NCBI GenBank assembly: GCA_964016885.1
Contig: OZ024742.1
Span: 263,686,001-263,750,000 of the forward strand
Source: Eledone cirrhosa
Taxonomy: Eukaryota
Reading direction: 5' to 3'
DNA: 64,000 nt
The position numbers and the translations under genes are program-made. Below the pieces are notes generated by a model. It was not told the DNA's origin, searched no databases, and saw nothing but the letters and a program-made list of their open reading frames with translations. Position 1 is the first letter of the stretch; each line of letters begins with the position of its first letter. Of this stretch, positions 51,601 to 63,828 are shown piece after piece.

Positions 51601-54600
51601 TATCACACACTACCACACACAACATATACACAACATCACACATCCACACAGACACTAACATATCACACACTACCACACACAACATATACACAACATCACA
51701 CATCCACACAGACACTAACATACCACACACTACCACACACAACATATACACCACATCACACATCCACACAGACACTAACATACCACACACTACCACACAC
51801 AACATATACACAACATCACACATCCACACAGACACTAACATATCACACACTACCACACACAACATATACATAACATCACACATCCACACAGACACTAACA
51901 TATCACACACTACCACACACATCATATACACCACATCACACATCCACACAGACACTAGCACACCACACACTACCACACACAACATATACACTACATCACA
52001 CATCCACAGAGACACTAACATACCACACACTACCACACACAACATATACACAACATCACACATCCACACAGACACTAACATACCACACACTACCACACAC
52101 AACATATACACAACATCACACATCCACACAGACACTAACATATCACACACTACCACACACAACATATACATAACATCACACATCCACACAGACACTAACA
52201 TATCACACACTACCACACACATCATATACACCACATCACACATCCACACAGACACTAGCATACCACACACTACCACACACAACATATACACTACATCACA
52301 CATCCACAGAGACACTAACATACCACACACTACCACACACAACATATACACAACATCACACATCCACACAGACACTAACATATCACACACTACCACACAC
52401 AATATATACACAACATCACACACAGACACTAACATACCACATACTACCACACACTACATATACACAACATCACACATCCACACAGACACTAACATACCAC
52501 ACACTACCACACACAACATATACACAACATCACACATCCACACAGACACTAATATACCACACACTACCACACACAACATATACACAACATCACACATCCA
52601 CACAGACACTAACATACCACACACTACCACACACAACATATACACAACATCACACATCCACACAGACACTAACATACCACACACTACCACACACAACATG
52701 TACACCACATCACACATCCACACAGACACTAACATACCACACACTACCACACACAACATATACACCACATCACACATCCACACAGACACTAACATATCAC
52801 ACACTACCACACACAACATGTACACCACATCACACATCCACACAGACACTAACATACCACACACTACCACACACAACATATACACCACATCACACATCCA
52901 CACAGACACTAACATACCACACACTACCACACACTACATATACACAACATCACACATCCACACAGACACTAACATACCACACACTACCACACACAACATA
53001 TACACCACATCACACATCCACACAGACACTAACATACTACACACAACATATACACCACATCACACATCCACACAGACACTAACATACCACACACTACCAC
53101 ACACAACATATACACAACATCACACATCCACACAGACACTAACATACCACACACTACCACACACAACATATACACTACATCAGACATCCACACAGACACT
53201 AACATATCACACACTACCACACACAACATATACACAACATCACACATCCACACAGACACTAGCATACCACACACTACCACACACAACATATACACAACAT
53301 CACACATCCACACAGACACTAACATACCACACACTACCACACACAACATATACACTACATCACACATCCACACAGACACTAACATACCACACACTACCAC
53401 ACACAACATATACATAACATCACACATCCACACAGACACTAACATACCACACACTACCACACACAACATATACACAACATCACACATCCACACAGACACT
53501 AACATACCACACACTACCACACACAACATATACACTACATCACACATCCACACAGACACTAACATACCACACACTACCACACACAACATATACATAACAT
53601 CACACATCCACACAGACACTAACATATCACACACTACCACACACAACATATACACAACATCACACATCCACACAGACACTAACATATCACACACTACCAC
53701 ACACAACATATACACAACATCACACATCCACACAGACACTAACATACCACACACTACCCCACACAACATATACACCACATCACACATCCACACAGACACT
53801 AACATACCACACACTACCACACACAACATATACACCACATCACACATCCACACAGACACTAACATATCACACACTACCACACACAACATATACACAACAT
53901 CACACATCCACACAGATACTAACATATCACACACTACCACACACAACATATACACAACATCACACATCCACACAGACACTAGCATACCACACACTACCAC
54001 ACACAACATATACACCTCATCACACATCCACACAGACACTAACATACCACACACTACCACACACAACATATACACAACATCACACATCCACACAGGCACT
54101 AACATACCACACACTACCACACACAACATATACACAACATCACACATCCACACAGACACTAACATATCACACACTACCACACACAACATATACATAACAT
54201 CACACATCCACACAGACACTAACATATCACACACTACCACACACATCATATACACCACATCACACATCCACACAGACACTAGCATAGCACACACTACCAC
54301 ACACAACATATACACTACATCACACATCCACAGAGACACTAACATACCACACACTACCACACACAACATATACACTACATCACACATCCACAGAGACACT
54401 AACATACCTCACACTACCACACACAACATATACACAACATCACACATCCACACAGACACTAACATATCACACACTACCACACACAATATATACACAACAT
54501 CACACACAGACACTAACATACCACACACTACCACACACAACATATACACAACATCACACAGACACTAACATACCACACACTACCACACACAACATATACA

Positions 54601-55058
54601 CCACATCACACATCCACACAGACACTAACATACCACACACTACCACACACTACATATACACAACATCACACATCCACACAGACACTAACATACCACACAC
54701 TACCACACACTACATATACACAACATCACACATCCACACAGACACTAACATACCACACACTACCACACACTACATATACACAACATCACACATCCACACA
54801 GACACTAAAATACCACACACTACCACACACAACATATACACAACATCACACATCCACACAGACACTAACATACCACACACTACCACACACAACATATACA
54901 CAACATCACACATCCACACAGACACTAACATACCACACACTACCACACACAACATATACACAACATCACACATCCACACAGACACTAACATACCACACAC
55001 TACCACACACAACATATACACAACATCACACATCCACACAGACACTAACATATCACAA
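45685..55058. repeat. 60-bp tandem satellite, about 155 copies
   Basis: Unit ACTAACATACCACACACTACCACACACAACATATACACAACATCACACATCCACACAGAC; highly homogeneous, with rare indels. Confidence 0.98.
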
Positions 55059-55644
55059 ACCACCACTTTAAAGCACACACTTCTCGAAGAGCAAACGAGC
55101 AAGCCACTACCTGACCGCTTAACCTACTGGAAAGTGTAGCTAAACCTCCCTTAAATCATATATGCAATTTTGTAGAGGAAAGTGGACATAGGATAATATA
55201 GTCCTAGGTGTACTATGCCTAGGAGAATGGCAGGATGATCAGGACTGGAACGTCTAATTCTGATCAATTATGGCCAAACTGGGTCCAAGCAACAATATCA
55301 ACATCAACCATACTCGCCCCCCCCCAGCCCCATCACTACCACGAGCACACTCCATATACCACCACCATACTAAACCACTATAAACGTATCATCACTACAC
55401 ACCAAACGCTATGACGATTATCATTACCTCATACACGCTCCACCATAACTGCTGCACCACCGCCATTACCACCCACCACCACCAACAACAACAACAATGA
55501 CCATGACTACCACTATTACATCACTACCGTGACCTCAGCATCACACCACTACCACCAAAACATCACCATCAATATCATCATGAACACTACTAATAATGTT
55601 TATTGTTTGATGATCACTGAGCAATACAAAGAAACCTTCTCTCA

Positions 55645-55775
55645 ATTTGATTGGTTGTACGCCTGACTAACTGCTATTGGCTAACCGATGACAGCTCGCT
55701 GTAATGTGTCGGCGCGAGAGCACATCAAAGCATGTCTCTAATTGGCCGTAAATTGCCGTCTTTAGGCGGAAATTA
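55645..55775. promoter_or_regulatory. Candidate Pol II promoter (3 CCAAT boxes, E2F-like sites)
   Basis: ATTGG at 55650, 55676 and 55741; GGCGCGAG and TTTAGGCGGAAA; locally CpG-rich unique sequence. Confidence 0.35.
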
Positions 55776-56186
55776 ATGTTTTAAAAACTAATACACACAT
55801 CGATAGATTACAACAATGTGCTTGCTATGGTTGTTTTGTTAGCGGTGGTATTGACTGTAATAATCCTATTGAAGAATTGTAGTGTCGGTAGTTGCATTGG
55901 TGAAGATGTTTTTAGCCTCAAACAAGACATGATAAGGCAAATCTATGATCAAAGGCATTCCATCCACGAGCATCCCGTCTTGTTTGTCAAGCATAAGGTA
56001 TTCCAGATTACATTATACAATATGGGAATATTTTCAATAGAATGTTATGATGTTATTTCAGGAGGAATTAACTCCTATTTCATAACATGTCTAACAGTAG
56101 TTTATCACCTTATTCTCTCGAGCGCCGCGTCTCCTGAATGGTGATGGTGTTATTAGGAGAGTTGTATTATTTCTGGTGTTCCGGGG

Positions 56187-56395
56187 GCAGTGGGTAGTCA
56201 GTATCGGTAGAACGTCAGACAAAATCCTTTGTGGTATTTAGTTACGAATTTCTGTGTTCTGAGTTAAAATCCCACCGGGGTGAACTTTGCTTTTCATCCT
56301 TCCGGAAAGTCGATATAACAAACTATCTGTTACGTACGGGGGTCCATATTATCGACTTCCCCTCCAAACCGAAAATGTTGGCTTTGTTCCTAACG
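56187..56395 (+). mobile_element. Older SINE copy
   Basis: CAGTATCGGTAGA...GAGTTAAAATCCC...TTTTCATCCTTCCGG. Confidence 0.7.
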
Positions 56396-56611
56396 TGTTG
56401 TCATTCACGTTAGTAGTAGTTGTGTATTATTTTTATTTACGTGTGGTGTTTTGATGTTGGTTGTAGTGGCCATGGCGGTAGTGGCGACATTGTTGTTACC
56501 ACATGTCTGATAATAATAATATCTACACTACTGTCTTTAAAGTATCGAGTACTAAGTGTAATAAAGGTCTTATTAGTCTAGATTAGCAACATCTCCACAC
56601 ACACACACACG

Positions 56612-56674
<63 letters not shown>

Positions 56675-57011
56675 ATATATATACTGTTCACTTTCCTGAC
56701 ATGTGTACATTATTCTATGTACTATACATGCACCTTTGGTGAGTGTAACGCACCAGCGCCCTGTACACAATGATTTCATTATTATTATTATTATTATTGA
56801 ATGCCATGGTTGACGGAGGCTCGGCTCTGTAAGGTATAGTAATTTTTAACCGTTAAAACAATTGTAAATTGTTTAAAACTTGAACCAAATTGTTGATAAA
56901 GACACCCTCCTCCTCGTGAGAGGGGTCTTTCTGTCCGTTATTTGGCCCTTCGGGGTTAAATAACCAGTTATTGGGGTTTTGTACCCAAAATTTCATTTTA
57001 AACAAAAAAAC

Positions 57012-59108
57012 ATGGCTACGAAAAAGAAATTTCATACGTCACTCCCACTCATTCCGTCTTCTTCTTCCTCAATCATCACTACAGCAGAGAGAAGATTGTC
57101 TCTCTCCCTCCCTTCTTTAAATGTGTCTCTCTCCCTCCCTTCTCTTTCGCAAGTGACGAAAGAAAAGAAAAGTCTCGTGCAAAGCGTGCAAGGTTTCTCC
57201 ACGACGACGACGACAGCGACGAAACAGGTGTGCGGGAAATACGAAAACCCAGTTCATTCGTCTGACGTCAGGAATAATAGCAGTAGCAGCCGTAATAACA
57301 ACAGCAACAGTGACAATGAAAACAACAGTAGCAGCCGCAACAGCATCACCAGCAGCATAAACAACAACAGCATTAGCAGCAGCAACACCAACAACAACCA
57401 CAGCAACAGCGGCAGAGGCAGTAGTCGTAGTACCTGCAGCAACAACAAAAGTACCAGCAGCTCTGACGACAACAACAACAGCAGAGAAAAACCAATCTCA
57501 TTTGCAGGTATTGCGAAAAACTTGGAAACAATCCTCATAACAAATGAGGAATTAGAGGAAGCGAAGAAGATGGTGACAAAGAACGGACACCGAGCAATCT
57601 GCAAGGCAGCGAAAAACTTTTTCGAAACCCAAGAGCACTGTACGGTCACGTACCGTACAGTAAGTACAAAATCCCGTAGGGTGGAAAGAGCCACAGAGGC
57701 CCAAATACAAAAAGCCTTGGGGTCTGTGTGGCAGAGGAAAACGCACATCACCCGAGGCAAAAAATACGCCACCGTAGACGTACTTTTTGCCACACCCCAG
57801 GAGGCAAAGGCCCAATCAGTAGTGACCCTAAGGAGCGAGGAAATGGTGTTGGTGCCCTCCTACTGCGGGCAAAAAATTGTGAGGGTCAAACTGACCCACG
57901 TCCCCCCCGGAATGACCCCTTCTTGGCTGGCCGCGTCTGTCCTCGTCGGAATCGAGGACAAAACAACTGTACTGCAAGTACAGAAAAAAGTAAGAGAAGA
58001 TTGGGTCGGCTCCTCCATTGAGATGCTAATCCAAACCAACCAGGAGTGCATCGAAGCTATCCCGGATGTGATAGACTTCGATAACGGCACTCAACTGCCC
58101 ATAAGTGTTGAGGGCAAACGCCCGAAATGCTTTCGCTGTGGATCGAAGACTCACCTCAGGGCCTTCTGCAACGAGAAGACCCTGAGAAAGGAGAAAACCC
58201 CCCTCCTTCCGAATCCGGCTCCACGGCTACCAGCAACAGGACAAGCGGCAACCAGGAACGATAGGCCCGTGGCACCCATACCCACTCCACGGAAATCAAA
58301 AACAGCAGCAGCAGTGGAAACACTAACAACAACAACAGCAATACCAAATGCAGCTGCAACAGAGACTCCAGTGCAAACATCACCAACAACAACAAGTGAA
58401 AGAGTGGAGCTGGTACCCCTCCCCGACCTCACAGAATCAGACATGGAGTGTGAGGTGGGAGAGAGATGGCAAAAGGTCGTAAGAAGGCACAAACGCAGAA
58501 GCAGCGCATCGTCGCCTTTGAAAAGGGAGGAAAGAAATGAGAAAAGGGTAAAGTCTACTGCAAAGAGACCCACAGCAGCAACAACACCAACACCATCACC
58601 ACCCACACTAGCGCCACCATCACCACCGGCGACAACCCCACCGCCAACAACACCTTCAACACCACCACCACAAGCACCAACATCGCAAACACAACAACAA
58701 AACACACACACCCAGCAACAACGACAAGAAAATAGCAGAACCACACCCCACCCCCAGAAAAACAAATGCACGGCAATAAATACACACAACAAGAAACTAA
58801 TGACTTACATAATTGAACACACAGACATTTCACAACAGGACTACATAATACCAGCACCAATCAAAACGCCAACTAACATAAGACTGCTAAAAATAGCACA
58901 GAAACAATACACAAATATTAAAACGAAATTCCCCAACGCAGTTGGTGATTTCAGGGACCTAGGAGGAACCATCAATCGAAGAGTATACTCAGACATTCTC
59001 TTAGAAGAGCCGACGACCAGCCGAAGGGACGATTCAACGGTCCCTTCACCAGACGATCAAGTGAAAAGGGATGTAAAAACCATCCCTCCTCTACCAAAAG
59101 TACGGTAA
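57012..59108 (+). CDS. LINE ORF1p (nucleic-acid binding; CCHC zinc knuckle)
   Basis: ATG at 57012; S/N-rich N-terminus, SFA motif, RRM-like middle region, CFRCGSKTHLRAFC knuckle, P/T-rich tail. Confidence 0.88.
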   Translation: MATKKKFHTSLPLIPSSSSSIITTAERRLSLSLPSLNVSLSLPSLSQVTKEKKSLVQSVQGFSTTTTTATKQVCGKYENPVHSSDVRNNSSSSRNNNSNSDNENNSSSRNSITSSINNNSISSSNTNNNHSNSGRGSSRSTCSNNKSTSSSDDNNNSREKPISFAGIAKNLETILITNEELEEAKKMVTKNGHRAICKAAKNFFETQEHCTVTYRTVSTKSRRVERATEAQIQKALGSVWQRKTHITRGKKYATVDVLFATPQEAKAQSVVTLRSEEMVLVPSYCGQKIVRVKLTHVPPGMTPSWLAASVLVGIEDKTTVLQVQKKVREDWVGSSIEMLIQTNQECIEAIPDVIDFDNGTQLPISVEGKRPKCFRCGSKTHLRAFCNEKTLRKEKTPLLPNPAPRLPATGQAATRNDRPVAPIPTPRKSKTAAAVETLTTTTAIPNAAATETPVQTSPTTTSERVELVPLPDLTESDMECEVGERWQKVVRRHKRRSSASSPLKREERNEKRVKSTAKRPTAATTPTPSPPTLAPPSPPATTPPPTTPSTPPPQAPTSQTQQQNTHTQQQRQENSRTTPHPQKNKCTAINTHNKKLMTYIIEHTDISQQDYIIPAPIKTPTNIRLLKIAQKQYTNIKTKFPNAVGDFRDLGGTINRRVYSDILLEEPTTSRRDDSTVPSPDDQVKRDVKTIPPLPKVR

Positions 59109-59143
59109 GTGGTCTTTCCCATCTTTTCCACTCTATTTTAAAC

Positions 59144-62100
59144 ATGACCTCACTCAGAATAGGCAGCATAAATGCGCGTGGCTTGGGGTCGTCATGGAAG
59201 CAGGGTCACCTGCTCAACGACCTCAGGTCACTAAACATAGATGTAGTGGCCATCAGCGAGACCAGAATCTCCGAAGCACGGGCCTTCTTACCGATCTTCG
59301 GCGGCTACGATGTGTACGCATCTCCCAGCCGTCCTGGATCGGGTGGAGGAGTTGCTGTGCTTTTTCGGAGAGGTTTGGATCTCGCCATACGGGCCATCTT
59401 CCTGGACCCAGAGGGTAAGCTGGTGGTGCTGGACGTGACCAGCGGAGACGGGCAAGCTTTCAGGCTAGTGGCCGTCTATGCCCCGACAGGAGCAGGGCGG
59501 CCTGATTTCTTCCGGCGTCTGGAGACCTTTCTTGGAACGTCCCGCTCTTTAGTGTTAGTGGGCGACTGGAACGGGATCTTAGATGCACGCTGGGACTGTG
59601 TGGGATTAGCGGATAGGGGTGGAGGGTGCAAGAGCCTCACCAACCTGCTCAGGCGTTTTGAACTGTCTGACAGGTACCGATTGGATTTCCCGAATGTGCC
59701 AATGTGGACTTGGACAAAACGCATAGGGTCATCCAGATCATATCTAGATAGAGTATTTTGTAGGGAAATAGATAGGTCTAGCATAGGCTGTCCACAATTC
59801 AAGATAGTCAGCTACACGGACCACAAATTTGTGATCTGTGTGCTTGACTTAGATAGGCTTCATAGACGAGGACCCGGCTACTGGAAGCTAAACGCGTCCT
59901 TACCAGCGCGCAAGGCCTACAGAGACCGGATTAGCGAACTAGTTAAGCGGGCGTTGACGGGGGCCATCGTCAACAACAAGTGGTGGTTTGCTCTGAAAAG
60001 AGCGATTAGAATAGAATCGATTAGGTTTAGTAAGGCTTTAGCAATAGAGAAAAATAGAGCAGAGGGAGAACTAGTTAGAAAATTAGACGAGGCGCTTAGC
60101 AAAGGCATTGCGACCGACGTGCTTGCGGCGAAATTGGCCCTTGACCAATTCTTCAATGCAAAGCACGAAGGCTGCGTTGTCAGAGCTAGGGTGCGTGCTC
60201 TCAGACACGAGGGGACGAAAGCCGTTCAATGGGCCCGAGTGGCGGAGGCGCGTCGTGGCAACAAGGCCACGATCCGGTCTTTGGTGGACCACGACGGGCG
60301 CATGCTACTCGATCCCGGGCAAATGTGTGAAGCTTTTCAGCAACACTTCGCTCAGCTGTTCGGGGGCAGCGGGGGGCCGGGTAGAGGGATGGACTTTAGT
60401 GTCTACCTCGACGGACTGCCGCGGCTCTCGGCCACTGAGGCGAAGTGTTGCGAAAAGCCGATAACAGCCGCTGAAGTAAGGGAGGCAATGACTGGCTGCA
60501 CAAGGGGTAAATCGCCTGGTTTGGATGGTCTGCCCTATGAACTTTACGTACACATGCCAGACTTGTTCGGAGGCCTCTTGGCGGACGTCTACTGCAACTG
60601 GCAACAGAACGGGAGAATTCCCAGTTCTGTGAGCCGAGGAGCGGTGGCACTGCTGAGAAAGGATCCGAACAAGGGGGATAACATAGGCAATTTCCGGCCC
60701 ATAACTCTGCTAAACACAGAGTTTAAGATTTTGGCCAAGGTGCTAGCAAAGAGGTTGGCGCTTGTCGTTGGTGGTCTGGTGGGAGAGGCGCAGACATGCG
60801 CCATTCCCGACAGATCCATCCACGACAACCTCCACCTCATGCGATACATCGTAGAGAGGGTAGCTAGGGAACCTGGCACGGGTGGGTCCTTGATCAATTT
60901 AGATCAGTCGAAAGCTTTCGATAGGGTCGACCATCGTTACCTAGCGGCAGTCCTGAGGGCGGCTGGCTTTGGGCCCGTCTTCAGAGGCTGGATCGCTGCC
61001 ATGCACAGCGACATCTGCTCTGTGGTGAGAGTGAACGGTCACCTGTCGGAACCGTTCAACATCATGCGCTCGGTCCGCCAAGGATGTCCCCTCTCGTCCC
61101 TCTTGTACGTATTGACTCTCGAGCCATTACTGCACAAACTGGAGACGTTGAGGGGGGTCCCGCGCGAACTAGGATGCGGAAGATCCGTGTCAGCATATGC
61201 GGACGATGTCACCGTAGTGGTGTCGAACGCCAAACACATCGAGGCGATCGGCACTACACTAAGAGAATACGAAGCGGTGACAGGAGCAATGATCAACCAG
61301 GAAAAGTCAGTGGGCCTGCAGCTCGGCACCTGGAGAGGCAGGTCCATGCCGTCCAACAGCGTCGTCGGGCGCTGGACGGACGGACCGGTTAAATTGCTAG
61401 GGGTCTGGTTCGGTCCGGACCTCCAGACGGACAAAAACTGGGACGAGGTGACGAGCAGGGTGGCTTCTCTCACCCAGAAATGGGCGGAGAGGAAGCTATC
61501 CCTGAAAGGTCGAGCGGAGGTGGCTAACGCGTACATCGCGTCTGTCATCTGCTACCGCCTAACCGTCGTACCTTGTCCTAAGCCTCGCCTGACTGCGCTG
61601 GAGCGTTTGCTCTTTCGCTTTTTGTGGAAGGGACGTGCTCCGATGGTCAGGCGGTCCATCTGTTGTCAACACCCGCTACGTGGAGGGCTGGGCATGCCGT
61701 GGCTGATGATGCGCAGGCACGCGCTCAGGCTACGACATCTCCACCTCTTCCTCGACGGTGATCAGGTGTGGTCGCCGTTTGCTAGGCGCGTTTTTCCCCA
61801 GCTCGTTTCCTTGACGGAGCTGCAGTCCTGGGTCAAGCGAAGACCGAGAGGGAGCGCCTGGAGACTGGAATGTCTTCAGGCGCTCACAGCCCTCGACCAA
61901 TCGGGCAATGTGATCGGTGGAAACTCCACCTCGGCGTTCTATAGAGGATTAGTGGAGGGGAAGAGCGACGACGTACTTGGGGAAACTCTAGGCGTCGACG
62001 AAAATCAACTAGCCAATCTCTTCGGAAGAACTTTCGGGCCAGGGCCTATGGACAACTTCCAGAAATCTCTGGCCTGGCAGTGCTACCGAGGAGCCTTGCC

Positions 62101-62563
62101 AGTTCGGGATAAACTCTACAGGCATGGAGGTGCCGTCAGCCGGGCATGTCCGAGATGCGCGCAGGGCGACGAAACCGTCCTGCACGCACTCGTCCAGTGT
62201 CCGAAAATTGCTGACTTGTGGGTTTATGTCGAACACCTGCTGTCGCGTTTAGGACGGATCCGGCTATCATCTGAGTCCATCGTGAGGATTGCCCCGCCCT
62301 CCTCCTTTAGCCGGGAAGGGCAGGCAGTTTTTATCTGCCTGGTGGCCATGGTGAAAGAGATAGTATGGTGGACACGTTTGAAAGGGCTGAAGACGAGCAC
62401 TTACCTCTCCGGTGATGCTCTGATTGACTTTTTCAAATTTCATTTGAAAAGGAAAATCAGAGTAGAGAGGGAAGTGCTCTCTTCCCAGCATTTTGTTGAA
62501 AGATGGGTGAGAGAAGCAAGAATGGCCCGAGTGAATGGGCCTACTCTGAGTATATATCTGTAA
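59144..62563 (+). CDS. LINE ORF2p (APE endonuclease, RT, C-terminal Cys/His motif)
   Basis: 1139 aa; SINARGL, ISET, VYAP, GDWN, YLDR, TDH, WKLN, DQSKAFDRV, RQGCPLS, YADD, CPRC...ETVLHALVQC. Confidence 0.97.
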   Translation: MTSLRIGSINARGLGSSWKQGHLLNDLRSLNIDVVAISETRISEARAFLPIFGGYDVYASPSRPGSGGGVAVLFRRGLDLAIRAIFLDPEGKLVVLDVTSGDGQAFRLVAVYAPTGAGRPDFFRRLETFLGTSRSLVLVGDWNGILDARWDCVGLADRGGGCKSLTNLLRRFELSDRYRLDFPNVPMWTWTKRIGSSRSYLDRVFCREIDRSSIGCPQFKIVSYTDHKFVICVLDLDRLHRRGPGYWKLNASLPARKAYRDRISELVKRALTGAIVNNKWWFALKRAIRIESIRFSKALAIEKNRAEGELVRKLDEALSKGIATDVLAAKLALDQFFNAKHEGCVVRARVRALRHEGTKAVQWARVAEARRGNKATIRSLVDHDGRMLLDPGQMCEAFQQHFAQLFGGSGGPGRGMDFSVYLDGLPRLSATEAKCCEKPITAAEVREAMTGCTRGKSPGLDGLPYELYVHMPDLFGGLLADVYCNWQQNGRIPSSVSRGAVALLRKDPNKGDNIGNFRPITLLNTEFKILAKVLAKRLALVVGGLVGEAQTCAIPDRSIHDNLHLMRYIVERVAREPGTGGSLINLDQSKAFDRVDHRYLAAVLRAAGFGPVFRGWIAAMHSDICSVVRVNGHLSEPFNIMRSVRQGCPLSSLLYVLTLEPLLHKLETLRGVPRELGCGRSVSAYADDVTVVVSNAKHIEAIGTTLREYEAVTGAMINQEKSVGLQLGTWRGRSMPSNSVVGRWTDGPVKLLGVWFGPDLQTDKNWDEVTSRVASLTQKWAERKLSLKGRAEVANAYIASVICYRLTVVPCPKPRLTALERLLFRFLWKGRAPMVRRSICCQHPLRGGLGMPWLMMRRHALRLRHLHLFLDGDQVWSPFARRVFPQLVSLTELQSWVKRRPRGSAWRLECLQALTALDQSGNVIGGNSTSAFYRGLVEGKSDDVLGETLGVDENQLANLFGRTFGPGPMDNFQKSLAWQCYRGALPVRDKLYRHGGAVSRACPRCAQGDETVLHALVQCPKIADLWVYVEHLLSRLGRIRLSSESIVRIAPPSSFSREGQAVFICLVAMVKEIVWWTRLKGLKTSTYLSGDALIDFFKFHLKRKIRVEREVLSSQHFVERWVREARMARVNGPTLSIYL

Positions 62564-62832
62564 ATTAAAGGTGGAAAACTGGGAGAGGGCACTTGCCTTG
62601 GTGGTCAGGGTCATTGTGGCTTTTTACTGGGCTTTCACCACAAATGTCCCTCCGAAGTCTCCCCCCTATTGGGGAATTTTTCATTGTTATTTTTGTTACA
62701 TCCTCTGTTTTTGTTTTTTTACACGCAGAAATGCCCATTTGTACCGTCCTGCATTGTCCTGCACTGTCCTTAATGTCTACTTTATGTAAACCCTTGTGGT
62801 CAATAAAGAAATCATTATTATTATTATTATTA

Positions 62833-63828
62833 TTGGCCACCTACGTAGTAAATCGTATCATCGTGAGCTCCGCAAAGGTTTGTTATTTCCGTTTGTTAAA
62901 AATTGCCATTTATGGAAAATTTTTATTGTTAACTATATATAAGCGCACATACATTGTTTTCCGAAAAGGACACCCAAAAATATTGGGGCCTTGTGCCCAA
63001 TATTTAAACTTTTATGATTATCAAAAAATTTCTTTGAAAAAAAAATGGCTAATTCACCTTTGCACCAAGCAGCTGAAAGCCTTCCTCACAAATTAACACC
63101 TCACACCGACACCACCATTGTAAATGATACTACGTTTGCCAACACAAACAATTTAAGCACTAGCAATATTTTAAATTTGTCTCAGGCAGACATTCATTTC
63201 CCGCCATTACCAATGACTGCAGGTGTTAAAGCCGCCACCGCGACAACCACCACCTTGACTTAGATAGGCTTCATAGACGAGGACCCGGCTACTGGAAGCT
63301 AAACGCGTCCTTACCAGCGCGCAAGGCCTACAGAGACCGGATTAGCGAACTAGTTAAGCGGGCGTTGACGGGGGCCATCGTCAACAACAAGTGGTGGTTT
63401 GCTCTGAAAAGAGCAATCAGAATAGAGTCCATTAGGTTTAGTAAGGCTTTAGCAATAGAGAAAAATAGAGCAGAGGGAGAATTAGTTAGAAAATTAGACG
63501 AGGCGCTTTGCAAAGGCATCGCGACCGACGTACTTGCGGCGAAATTGGCCCTTGACCAATTCTTCAATGCAAAGCACGAAGGCTGCGTTGTCAGAGCTAG
63601 GGTGCGTGCTCTCAGACACGAGGGGACGAAAGCCGTTCAATGGGCCCGAGTGGCGGAGGCGCGTCGTGGCAACAAAGCCTCGATCCGGTCTTTGGTGGAC
63701 CACGATGGGCGCATGCTACTCGATCCCGGGCAAATGTGTGAAGCTTTTCAGCGACACTTCGCTCAACTGTTCGGGGGCAGTGGCGGGCCGGATCGAGGGA
63801 TGGACTTTAGTGTCTACCTCGACGGACT
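62833..63828 (+). mobile_element. Internally deleted/chimeric Tx1-like element
   Basis: 5'-UTR-like segment and an ORF start at 63045 joined at about 63254 to a near-identical copy of 59843-60417. Confidence 0.7.

Larger units (their letters stand above)
56800..62832 (+). mobile_element. Full-length Tx1/L1-clade LINE
   Basis: Two intact ORFs; 3' UTR with AATAAA and (TTA)n tail; preceded by (ATT)n at 56778-56798. 5' boundary inferred. Confidence 0.92.

Noticed and set aside
45520-55102. ORFs of about 1000-1300 aa in the 60-bp satellite
   Set aside because: The unit is a multiple of 3 and lacks stops in several frames; broken by a 1-bp deletion; no supporting gene structure.
56898-56990. HDV-like ribozyme in the LINE 5' UTR (CTCCTCGT resembles loop L3)
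   Set aside because: I could not build the nested P1/P2/P3/P1.1 pseudoknot; the sequence folds as simple hairpins.
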